Origin: Candidatus Binatia bacterium
GTDB taxonomy: Bacteria > Desulfobacterota > Binatia > HRBIN30
Reading direction: 5' to 3'
Length of the DNA stretch: 64,000 nt
Assembly: GCA_038245295.1 (NCBI GenBank)
Contig: JBBRSP010000001.1
Location: 320,001-384,000 of the forward strand
The translations under genes were made by a program, and so were the position numbers. This document shows, in pieces, positions 29,906 to 38,722 of the stretch. The notes below the pieces were generated by a model that saw only the letters and a list, made by a program, of their open reading frames with translations, had not been told where the DNA came from and searched no databases. The stretch's first letter is position 1. Each line of letters starts with the position of its first letter.

Positions 29906-31888
29906 CTAGTTGCAGCCACTGCGGTTCGACGTGCTGCCGGTCCAGATCGTCAGCGCGCTGCAGTCGGTGACGCCTGCCGCCGCGGGTGACGGCGGCTGCT
30001 GAGTTACCTTCGGCAAGCTGCGTACAAACGTCAGGAGCGCTTGGCGATCTTCCTCGGTAAAGTGTGAATGTGCTGTCCACAGGGTCAACGCTGGCACCAT
30101 GGGCCGTCCACGGCGGGTGATGCCGCTGCGAAGGCCACGCAGGAACGAAACATCGTCGAGCGTCGTCAGATTGCTGCTCCACACGGTTCCGAACGTCGCG
30201 GCGTTTAGTTTGACATTGCCGCTGCCGTTCGGCGCGTGGCACAAGACACAGCCGCTGCCGCGATAGAGATACCGTCCCTGTTCCCACAGGATCTTCTGGC
30301 GCGGTGTCGCCTTGTCCGGCTCCGCTGTCGGCACTGCCGAGGCGAAGGCCTGCACGACGGCTTCTGCCGGCACGACGTTGAGCTCCGGATAACGTGACAG
30401 CATGGCGGCGAGTGCCAGTAAGACCGCCGACACCATTCCGACGGCGAGGGTGACCCCGATCAAATTGTCCGCGCCGGGCACCGAAAAGGCCAGCAAGCCG
30501 CCGAAGATCACCAGCACCACCTGAAGCCATGCGATGCGATCGGCCCACGAACTCGCTGACGACTCGGCGTGTCCGTAATTCCCCAGGCCTAGTTCGAGTC
30601 GTTCCGGTGTCATCACCGGCCAGCCGGCGGCGAGCTTACGCACGACCGTCTCGATCACACCGAAATGAATCGCCGGTGGTACCAGGTTGCGAACCGGCGG
30701 CACGGTCTTGAGGTAAGCACCGATCGCTACCGCATCGTCCTGCGTCAACGCTCCACTCAGCATCCAGGGCATCGCCCAGAAGTTGAGCCGACGGTCGCGT
30801 GTATGGCCACTGCGGATAGCGACGGCAATCTCGTTCTCCGACCAATGGCCGATTCCGGTCTCGGGATCGGGCGTTAAATTGGACGCGAAGAAGATACCGT
30901 GCGGGCCGGCGTCGATACGTCGTCCGCCCGCGAGTTGCAATGCGGTGACGGGGCTCCCGACGGCATCCACCGAGCTGTGACACCAGGCGCAATTGCCTGT
31001 CTGTACGAGGTACTCTCCACGCCGCAGTCGATTGCTTTGCTTCTCCAGCAACTCGGCAGGTGCATTCGGATCGCCGGGGGCAGGGTGGGCGAGCGAATTG
31101 ATATAGGCAACGACGGCAGCCAGCTCGTTTGGTGATGCGACTTCAAGGTACCCGGGCATCGGTGTACCACCGATGCCGAATGCCAATCTTGCGTAGAGAG
31201 CTTGCGGCGATGCGCCACCGCGAAAGGTCCACGGTTGCGTCAGATTGCGCGGCACGGCCGGTTGATTCCAGGTGTCGCGCAGGTCTTTTGCCGACGAGCC
31301 GTCCCCCAAGCCTTCCTTGCCATGGCAGGCCGGACAACCAAGCTCCTTATACTTCTGCCTGCCCAGATCAGTCGAGGCTTGGTCGAAAACACTTTGCGGC
31401 GGTATCGCGTCGCGTGGGTCACCGGAGTCTTGCGGGTCATCCTCCCAGGTGAGCGTCGGATCAAAGCGCCGTACCCGATCGGCAACGTCATTGATCTCCG
31501 CATCGCTCAGGAGTCCTTCCCACCCCGGCATGGATGATCCCGGCATGCCGCGGCGGATGGTACCCTCGATGTCGCCCCGCCGCGGGCCCTGACCGGTCGG
31601 TGTCGATTTCAGCTTGTACGTGCCGCGCGTAAAATCACGCGGTCGTGGCGTGAGAAGCGCGGCGACTGGCGCCTCGCCGTTTCCTTGCACTCCGTGACAA
31701 GTGGCGCAGTGTTGATTGTAGACATGATCCCCCGGAGTTGCGTCGACCGGAGTCGGTGTTGCTATGACGATTGGTGTGACGTCGATTGTCGGTGCGGTAA
31801 TCCAGTAATGGGCGGCAACAGAACGTGCTCCATCGAGAACGAGGAGCAGCACAACGACCGACCGGTAGACGCGAGCTCGTGGCGACAT
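29906..31888 (-). CDS. Membrane-anchored tetraheme c-type cytochrome
   Basis: CATCH, CPACH, CAWCH, CVLCH; PRDFTRGTYK, ASNLTPDPETGIG; two TM helices before the last heme. Confidence 0.85.
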   Translation of the reverse strand: MSPRARVYRSVVVLLLVLDGARSVAAHYWITAPTIDVTPIVIATPTPVDATPGDHVYNQHCATCHGVQGNGEAPVAALLTPRPRDFTRGTYKLKSTPTGQGPRRGDIEGTIRRGMPGSSMPGWEGLLSDAEINDVADRVRRFDPTLTWEDDPQDSGDPRDAIPPQSVFDQASTDLGRQKYKELGCPACHGKEGLGDGSSAKDLRDTWNQPAVPRNLTQPWTFRGGASPQALYARLAFGIGGTPMPGYLEVASPNELAAVVAYINSLAHPAPGDPNAPAELLEKQSNRLRRGEYLVQTGNCAWCHSSVDAVGSPVTALQLAGGRRIDAGPHGIFFASNLTPDPETGIGHWSENEIAVAIRSGHTRDRRLNFWAMPWMLSGALTQDDAVAIGAYLKTVPPVRNLVPPAIHFGVIETVVRKLAAGWPVMTPERLELGLGNYGHAESSASSWADRIAWLQVVLVIFGGLLAFSVPGADNLIGVTLAVGMVSAVLLALAAMLSRYPELNVVPAEAVVQAFASAVPTAEPDKATPRQKILWEQGRYLYRGSGCVLCHAPNGSGNVKLNAATFGTVWSSNLTTLDDVSFLRGLRSGITRRGRPMVPALTLWTAHSHFTEEDRQALLTFVRSLPKVTQQPPSPAAAGVTDCSALTIWTGSTSNRSGCN

Positions 31889-31939
31889 GAAATCAACGTG
31901 CAGAGGATCGAGGCAACAATCGGCGCGAGGCTACGGGTC

Positions 31940-33427
31940 CTAAGCTGCGGACGACGTCGTGACCTTGGTGGTGCGCGGTCTGCGCTTTGGCACCGCGTGT
32001 GGTTTCACCGGCGCTACGACGACACGCTCCAGGCCTGTTTCCTGCCACAGCTCGTCGAAGGAATTGCGTAGGTAGTCGGCGAGATCCCAAACATCGCCGA
32101 CGCGATCGCTGTCGGCATTGATGCCGATGGTGATCTGATCGGCATAACTCATGATGGCAAACCCAAGCCCGATCCCGACCGCCAGCGGCACCAGCGGCAC
32201 CGCCAACTGCAGCGGCTGACCAAGGATGTAGCGTGTTTCGCGCGGCCCCGGCACGTTGGTACAGACGGTGTTCACCGGAGAAACAGAAGCCTGCAACTGG
32301 GCGAGCGGTTTCTGCAGCATTGGTGGCATGAGGTCGGTGAGGCCGACGATACGCTCCATCTGGCCGGCCTGACCGCTGGCTTTCAGAAGGTCCATGGCGG
32401 CGGATACCTGACGCAGACGCTCGAGCGGGTCGTGGATGCCGATCGGCAACGGGGCGACCATCATCGAGACGCGGTTGCCGAGTTTGACACTGTCATGTTC
32501 GCTACGGACGTTCACCGGCACCATAGCCTTGAGTTCGGTGCGCTCGACATTCTGCCCGTGCTCGCGCAAGTACTGCCTCAAGCCGCCAGAAATGATGGCC
32601 AGGATGACGTCGTTGAGCGTACCCCCCAGGCGATTCTTGATCGCCTTGATCTCGTTCAAGGAGAACCGTGCCCAAGCCAGGGATCGGTGCGGTCCGATCG
32701 TACCATTGAACAGAGTCGGCGGCGGGGCGGCGCTGAGAGTGCGGACGAGTGTTCCGACGGCATCGAGCGTCAGTCGTGCTTGCTCGAGGGCCTTCTCCGG
32801 CTTGGACAGAAGGCGCAGGGCACTGCTCGCCAGATTGGCCTGAGAACGGACGACGTCGACCAGACCATCGAGTGTCTGCGAGACGACCGACGGCGGCTCC
32901 TCGGTCTCGTCGCCGACGTCGTCGGGCAAGTGCGGACGCGGCGAGTTTGGCGAGGGGTCCATCAAAATGTTCATGAGCTCGACGCCCGACGCGCCATCGA
33001 TCATGCAGTGATGCGTTTTGGCGATCATCGCACAGCCGCGGCCGTAGCCTTCCACGAGATGCATTTCCCACAGCGGGCGGCTGCGATCGAGTGGTTCGGT
33101 GAACAGCTTGGCGCACAAGGCGGCCAAGGCCCTGTCGTCGTTGCCGTGGCGTAGGCGGTGGTGCACGACGTGGTAACGAATGTCGAAATCCGGGTCGTTT
33201 TCCCAGGTTGGATGGGCCAGGTTGAGCGGCACGGTCGAGATACGCTGGGTGTAGCGCGGAATCAGCGGCAAACGCGATTCGACGTCGGCGACCAACGCCT
33301 CGTAGTCGAGCGGCGCAGCGAACGTATAGATTCCGGCCACATGCATCAAAGCATTCGGCTGTTCGAGGTAAAGGAAGCTCGCGTCAAGCGAGGTCATCCG
33401 GCGTGAAAGCTCCGCCATGATCGGCAT
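31940..33427 (-). CDS. Wax ester synthase/diacylglycerol acyltransferase (WS/DGAT)
   Basis: LDASFLYLE..MHV, PLDRSRPLWEMH, HHCMIDG, TNVPGP. Confidence 0.93.
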   Translation of the reverse strand: MPIMAELSRRMTSLDASFLYLEQPNALMHVAGIYTFAAPLDYEALVADVESRLPLIPRYTQRISTVPLNLAHPTWENDPDFDIRYHVVHHRLRHGNDDRALAALCAKLFTEPLDRSRPLWEMHLVEGYGRGCAMIAKTHHCMIDGASGVELMNILMDPSPNSPRPHLPDDVGDETEEPPSVVSQTLDGLVDVVRSQANLASSALRLLSKPEKALEQARLTLDAVGTLVRTLSAAPPPTLFNGTIGPHRSLAWARFSLNEIKAIKNRLGGTLNDVILAIISGGLRQYLREHGQNVERTELKAMVPVNVRSEHDSVKLGNRVSMMVAPLPIGIHDPLERLRQVSAAMDLLKASGQAGQMERIVGLTDLMPPMLQKPLAQLQASVSPVNTVCTNVPGPRETRYILGQPLQLAVPLVPLAVGIGLGFAIMSYADQITIGINADSDRVGDVWDLADYLRNSFDELWQETGLERVVVAPVKPHAVPKRRPRTTKVTTSSAA

Positions 33428-33518
33428 CCCCCTGGTGAGATTGAGGCGTTGAACCGCGCGTCACCGCCCGTCGTTCGGGCAAGGGGCTACCTTGCTCTAC
33501 GCAACGGTGGTCGTCTGG

Positions 33519-33722
33519 CTACTTGTCGAGAACGAACGTCACGAGGAGCGTGGCGCGATACTCGACGATCTTTCCTTTTTCGATGTGAGCGTTCTCTTTC
33601 ATCACCTCGAGGCCGGTGATGCCGCGCAAGGTCTTGTTGGCGCGTTCGAGGGCGTTACGGACGGCGTCTTCCCAGCTGTGGGCCGAAGCGCCGATGATTT
33701 GCGTTTGTCGTGCAACTGCCAT
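33519..33722 (-). CDS. Dodecin family protein
   Basis: 67 aa, IIGASAHSWEDAVRNALERANKTLRGI...IVEYRATLLVTF. Confidence 0.88.
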   Translation of the reverse strand: MAVARQTQIIGASAHSWEDAVRNALERANKTLRGITGLEVMKENAHIEKGKIVEYRATLLVTFVLDK

Positions 33723-33737
33723 GATCCTGTCCTCCGG

Positions 33738-33938
33738 CTATTCCAGAATGAAGACGATCTTCATGTCGACGCGGTATTCGACGATTTTGCCGCGTTCTAC
33801 TTTCACTCGCTTCTCGAGAACCTCGAGCCCCGTTATTCCCCGCAGCGTCTTTACAGCTCGCGAGATGCCTTCGATGACAGCTTCTTGGAATCCTTCGGGC
33901 GACGAGGCTCGAATTTCGGTTACACGCGCGACAGCCAT
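33738..33938 (-). CDS. Dodecin family protein (tandem paralog)
   Basis: RBS aggagg; MAVARVTEIRASSPEGFQEAV...KTLRGITGLEV...IVEYRVDMKIVF. Confidence 0.88.
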   Translation of the reverse strand: MAVARVTEIRASSPEGFQEAVIEGISRAVKTLRGITGLEVLEKRVKVERGKIVEYRVDMKIVFILE

Positions 33939-33997
33939 GATCACCTCCTGGTGATGTCTTCGTCTTACTCCGGTCTGCGCGCGTGGTGCAATACGTC

Positions 33998-34030
33998 CAA
34001 TAGGTCCTATGTGACCCATAGGACCTATTG
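33998..34030. repeat. Perfect 14-bp inverted repeat between divergent genes
   Basis: CAATAGGTCCTATG-tgacc-CATAGGACCTATTG. Confidence 0.75.
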
Positions 34031-34116
34031 CCCCGCCGCTCAGCTGCATGCGAACCGCTGCATTGACGCCGACGCGCCTGCCCCATAGACGCAGTGGGCA
34101 AACGAAAGGAGCTTCC

Positions 34117-34776
34117 ATGCACAACAAATTCATTACCCTTACGCCGGAGTTGTATGAGTACGTCGTCGAACATTCCAGCCGCCGCGATCCGGTGTTCGAT
34201 GCACTCAAGGCCGAAACCGAAGAGAAGCTGGGCCCCGTGAGTATGATGCAGATCGCCGCCGAGCAGGGCGCCTTCATGACCATGCTGACGCGCCTCATTG
34301 GGGCGCGCTCGGCGATCGAGATCGGCACCTTCACCGGTTACAGCGCGCTGGCGGTGGCCAAGGGGCTGCCCGACGATGGTAAGCTCATTTGTTGCGATAT
34401 CAGCGAAGAGTGGACGGCCCTCGGTCGCCGCGCTTGGGAGCGTGCCGGTGTGGCCAAGAAGATCGACCTACGCCTGGCGCCGGCGCTCGATACGTTGCGC
34501 TCGCTGGCGAAGACCGAGCAGTTCGACATGGCCTTCATCGACGCAGACAAAGGCAACTACGATGCCTACTTCGAAGAGCTGCTGCCGCGCATGCGCCGCA
34601 ACGCCGTCATCCTGTTCGACAACGTGCTGTGGAGCGGCACCGTTGCCGATGCGTCAAATACGTCGGACGACACTGTCGCCTTGCGCGCTCTCAACGACAA
34701 GCTGGCCAAGGACGAGCGCGTCGAGGTGGTCATGCTGCCGATTGCCGATGGGCTGACGTTGGTGCGAAAGAAATAG
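34117..34776 (+). CDS. Caffeoyl-CoA-type class I O-methyltransferase
   Basis: MMQIAAEQG, IEIGTFTGYSAL, FDMAFIDADK, DNVLWSG, DGLTLVRK. Confidence 0.92.
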   Translation: MHNKFITLTPELYEYVVEHSSRRDPVFDALKAETEEKLGPVSMMQIAAEQGAFMTMLTRLIGARSAIEIGTFTGYSALAVAKGLPDDGKLICCDISEEWTALGRRAWERAGVAKKIDLRLAPALDTLRSLAKTEQFDMAFIDADKGNYDAYFEELLPRMRRNAVILFDNVLWSGTVADASNTSDDTVALRALNDKLAKDERVEVVMLPIADGLTLVRKK

Positions 34777-34900
34777 GGCCAGTGGCGAGTCCGACCAGAA
34801 CGGTCGTGCTACCTGGTGCGGACCACTTCTATCGGAGGGCTCGAGCCGGAGAGTGCTGTCGCGGTTCGGCAGTTCTGCTGTTGGGCGCGCCCCTCGCGAG

Positions 34901-35255
34901 TTCCACCACGAAGAGCACGACGCGGGCTTTGCCGGCAACCCAACCGAGAGGCCGCTTGCCACGGATGAATGGGATGAACACAGATGGCTTGCCAACGGCC
35001 AGGCGCGCACCGTAGGCCCAAAGGGCCTGCATCTGTGTTCATCGGTGTTCATCCGTGGCAAGGAACCGCACGCTGGTTTCAAGCTCGCCAGATCATCGCG
35101 CGCCGCGACGAATTCCAACATAAGGAATACGAAGGTTACCGGAGCGACGCACCCGTCAACTCTCCCCCGGGGTCTCCATTCGTGTGAGCAACGCTGGATG
35201 CACGTCCGTGGCGTGAGAGGCGATCTTCGTGCCCTTCGCGCTCTTCGTGGTGAAA
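34901..35255. repeat. Nested inverted repeats with internal 9-nt periodicity
   Basis: Outer arms 34901-34920/35236-35255 (ttccaccacgaagagcacga); inner ~32-bp arms 34955-34986/35030-35062. Confidence 0.7.
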
Positions 35256-35348
35256 CAGTCCCTGCGGCTAGTGGGGTGGACCCGCGGTCCACTTCCGTGC
35301 AATCGAAGTGGGTAGGCAACAAAGAGCGATCGTTGTAGATGCGGCCGC

Positions 35349-37343
35349 ATGATCTCGACGCATCACTCGGTATGTCCGCTCGATTGTCCCGATACCTGCA
35401 GCCTCAACGTCACGGTTGAGGACGGGCGCGTCACCAAGGTCGATGCCTCGGCGCGCAATCCGTTTACCGATGGATACATCTGCGCCAAGGTGCGCCGTTA
35501 TCCGGAGTATATGTACTCACCACTGCGTATCCTGCAGCCGATGAAGCGGACCGGCGCCAAGGGGGACGGCGAGTTCCAGCCCATCTCGTGGGACGCGGCG
35601 CTGACGCTGATCGCGGAGAAGTGGCGCGCAATTATCGCGCAGGACGGTGCCGAGGCCATCTTGCCGTATCATTATGGCGGCTCGTCCGGCGTGCTCGGCG
35701 AAGACGCGATGGATGCGCGTTTCTTCCAGCGGCTGGGCGCTTCGGAGCTTCTGAAGACGATCTGTGCTGCTCCGACGGGCGCCGTCAGTCGACTCATGTA
35801 CGGCCCGATGTTCGGCGTACCACTCGAGGATTACGTCCACGCCAAGACGATTCTCTTGTGGGGCGTAAACCCGTCGGCGACCAACATTCACCTGATGCCG
35901 ATTCTGCAGGCGGCACAGGAGCAGGGTGCATCCATCGCCGTCGTCGATCCGCGGCGCACGGCGACGGCGCGGCGGGCCGATCTGCACCTGGCGCCGAAGC
36001 CCGGCACCGACGTGGTGCTGGCCTTGTCGATGATCCACCATCTGATTCAGACCGAGCGGGTCGATCGCGACTTCATCGCCGAGCATGTGGCGGGCTTCGA
36101 CGCGTTGTCAAAAGTTGCCGCGCAGTACCCGATAACGACGGCGGCAAGCATCTGTGATGTCGACGCCCGTGATATCGAAGCGCTCGTCGACGCTTACGCT
36201 GCGGCCTCACCGGCGGTGGTGCGCTGCGGCTGGGGTGTCGAACGCAACCGCAATGGCGGCAATGCCGTGCGCGCTGTGTTGGCATTGCCCGCGGTGGCGG
36301 GAAAATTCGGCGTGCGTGGCGGCGGCTACACGATGAGCCTCAGCAAGGCGGCGCCGATCGATCGCGAGGCTGTGTCGCGTCCGGACCTGCGCCGGAGGCC
36401 GGTGCGGCAGATCAACATGACCCAGCTTGGGCGCGTGTTGACCGAGCTGCGCGATCCACCGATCCGGTCATTGTTCGTCTACAATGCCAATCCTGTCGCG
36501 GTGACGCCGGATCAGAATCGCATCATTCGCGGGCTGAAGCGTGACGATCTGTTCACGGTGGTGCACGATACAGTCATGACCGATACGGCACGCTACGCTG
36601 ACCTGGTCTTGCCGGCGCCCAGCATGTTGGAGCAGCCGGACCTGCATAAGGCCTACGGGCACTATCACATGCAGTATTCCGAGGCGGTGATCGCCCCGCT
36701 CGGCGAGGCGATGAGCAATCACAACCTGTTCTGCACGCTGGCGGCGGCGATGGGATTCGCCGAGCCGGAGTTCAAGGTCAGCGCCGAAGAGCTGGCGTGC
36801 CAGGCGATCGATACGGCGAGCCCGTTGTGGTCGGCGGCATCGCCGGACGACCTCCTACGCGACGGGATCAGCACTCCATCACTGTTGCGTCAGGGGGTCG
36901 TGCAGTTCGGCAATGTCTTCCCGGCAACGGCGAGTGGCCGCGTCGAGCTGATGGCGGGGGAGATGGGGCCGATTACCTACGAGACCTCGTCGGGCAAGTT
37001 CCCGCTGACGCTGCTCAGTCCGGCCTCGAGCAAGACCATCAACTCGATCTTCGGCGAGTTCCTACTGCGTGACCCGCGCGTATCCCTAAACACCGCCGAT
37101 GCGGCGGCGCGCGGCATCAACGAAGGTGACCTCGTGCGGGTACATAACGAGCTGGGTGAGGTGCATGTGCGTGCCTCCGTCGGCGACACAATTCGGACGG
37201 GCGTCGCGTCGATTCCTAAAGGCATGTGGTGCGCCAGCAGCCGCAACGGGTCGTCGGTCACAGCGCTTGTGCCGGATCATCTCACCGACATCGGTGACGG
37301 CGCGTGCTTCAACGACGCGCGTGTCGAGGTGGAGCGTTTGTAA
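35349..37343 (+). CDS. Molybdopterin-dependent oxidoreductase (DMSO reductase superfamily, uncharacterised subgroup)
   Basis: CPLDCPDTC and C...K Fe-S motif, ISWDAAL, TDTARYADLVLPA, C-terminal DAAARGINEGDLVRVHNELG. Confidence 0.9.
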   Translation: MISTHHSVCPLDCPDTCSLNVTVEDGRVTKVDASARNPFTDGYICAKVRRYPEYMYSPLRILQPMKRTGAKGDGEFQPISWDAALTLIAEKWRAIIAQDGAEAILPYHYGGSSGVLGEDAMDARFFQRLGASELLKTICAAPTGAVSRLMYGPMFGVPLEDYVHAKTILLWGVNPSATNIHLMPILQAAQEQGASIAVVDPRRTATARRADLHLAPKPGTDVVLALSMIHHLIQTERVDRDFIAEHVAGFDALSKVAAQYPITTAASICDVDARDIEALVDAYAAASPAVVRCGWGVERNRNGGNAVRAVLALPAVAGKFGVRGGGYTMSLSKAAPIDREAVSRPDLRRRPVRQINMTQLGRVLTELRDPPIRSLFVYNANPVAVTPDQNRIIRGLKRDDLFTVVHDTVMTDTARYADLVLPAPSMLEQPDLHKAYGHYHMQYSEAVIAPLGEAMSNHNLFCTLAAAMGFAEPEFKVSAEELACQAIDTASPLWSAASPDDLLRDGISTPSLLRQGVVQFGNVFPATASGRVELMAGEMGPITYETSSGKFPLTLLSPASSKTINSIFGEFLLRDPRVSLNTADAAARGINEGDLVRVHNELGEVHVRASVGDTIRTGVASIPKGMWCASSRNGSSVTALVPDHLTDIGDGACFNDARVEVERL

Positions 37344-37405
37344 CCCTCGCCTCCGCCCGTGTTCCGAACCGAGGCGAGGGCAGGGGCACCGGCGGGGGCG
37401 CGGGT

Positions 37406-38473
37406 TTAACGCAAAGCCCCCCGACCGGCGATTACCGGCATGTGCAGCCAGCTCTTCAGCCCCGGCGTAGCGGCGCAGACATGCGGGATCGCGTTGACGA
37501 GACGCATTGCCGTACCGACGCAGCCGTCGATGTTGTGATCCGGGCTGTTGTAGCCGACATGCAGGTCGCACTTGAGTGCCGGCATACCCTCGATGATGAC
37601 GCGGTAGTTGCCCGGCCCGACACCTTGCGGCCAATGCGGCGCGATGTCGTCGCGCAAGCGTGTCACGTGCTCGACGACGATACGCGGCTCACCCTTGATC
37701 ATGCCGCGCACTTCGAAACGCAGGCCGGCAACGGTGCCCTTCTCGATATGGCCGCACGAAATGTCGAACGACTCGGGTGCCACTTCCTGCTCGTGGAGCT
37801 GGGTGATTTCGTCGAGCTCGACACCGAGAGCATCGGCGACCATCCGCACCGAAGATCCCCAGGCCATGCTGAGCGCGCCGGGGATGAGCAGGGGGCACAT
37901 GGTTCCCGGCGGCTTGGCGAAGCCCATGACTTCGAAGAGTGTCTCGGGCTGGTCGTACGTCGCGTAGTTGAAGATCTCCTGCGAGCGGATCGAATCGATG
38001 CGCTCGGACAAGCTCGACAGCATGATCGGCAGAGCGTCGGTCGAGAAGCCCGGGTCGATGCCGGAGCAGTAGAACGACGAGCCGCCTTTCTGGCAGGCGG
38101 CCTCGATCTGCTCGGCGAAGGCGGGGATGACGTGCCAGGGGTGGATGAACGGAACGAATGAGCTGGTGACCAGATTCTTGCCCGACTCGAGGATGCGTAC
38201 CATGTCATCAATTGCATCGCCGAGGCGGAAGTCGGTGGCCGCGGCGTAGGAGACGCAGTCGGCGTCGAGCTTCAAGATGGCCTCGGCGGCGGTGGTCGCT
38301 TTGATACCGGTGAGGCCGATGCCGCACAGCTCGCCGGCATCTTTGCCGGCCTTCGCCGGGCTACTGACCAGCAGCCCGACGAGTTGCATATCCGGATGCT
38401 GCGCGATGCCGCGCAAGGCGTGTTTGCCGACGTGTCCTGTGGCCCACTGGATGACGCGTAGTTTCTTCTTCAA
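37406..38473 (-). CDS. NAD(P)-dependent oxidoreductase, dihydrodipicolinate reductase / 2,4-diaminopentanoate dehydrogenase-like
   Basis: RVIQWATGHVG, GIDPGF, TAMRLVNAIPHVCAATPG. Confidence 0.85.
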   Translation of the reverse strand: MKKKLRVIQWATGHVGKHALRGIAQHPDMQLVGLLVSSPAKAGKDAGELCGIGLTGIKATTAAEAILKLDADCVSYAAATDFRLGDAIDDMVRILESGKNLVTSSFVPFIHPWHVIPAFAEQIEAACQKGGSSFYCSGIDPGFSTDALPIMLSSLSERIDSIRSQEIFNYATYDQPETLFEVMGFAKPPGTMCPLLIPGALSMAWGSSVRMVADALGVELDEITQLHEQEVAPESFDISCGHIEKGTVAGLRFEVRGMIKGEPRIVVEHVTRLRDDIAPHWPQGVGPGNYRVIIEGMPALKCDLHVGYNSPDHNIDGCVGTAMRLVNAIPHVCAATPGLKSWLHMPVIAGRGALR

Positions 38474-38514
38474 GACAATTTCTCCTCTATCGTGCGGTCG
38501 ATTCTATTCGCGAC

Positions 38515-38704
38515 CGTCATCCCGGCGAAGGAGACTGTCGATTCTGTCTGCTTCATCGTTTGAAACGGCGCAAACACCTCTGTCATACCGGCGAAAGCCG
38601 GTATCTCCCCGCCTTTCGAGGCTCCCAGCACTGGGTGATCCCGGTTTTCACCGGGATGACGTTGCTCCACTTTGATTTTACCACAGTCTCTTTCGTCGGG
38701 ACGA
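38515..38704. mobile_element. MITE-like element (core 38531-38690, TIR GAGACTGT) containing a REP pair and flanked by REP half-sites
   Basis: gagactgtcg...ccacagtctc ends; internal gtcataccggcgaaagccggtatc and gatcccggttttcaccgggatgac; inverted homolog at 19534-19700. Confidence 0.7.
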
Positions 38705-38722
38705 GGTGTGTCTTTCATGTGT

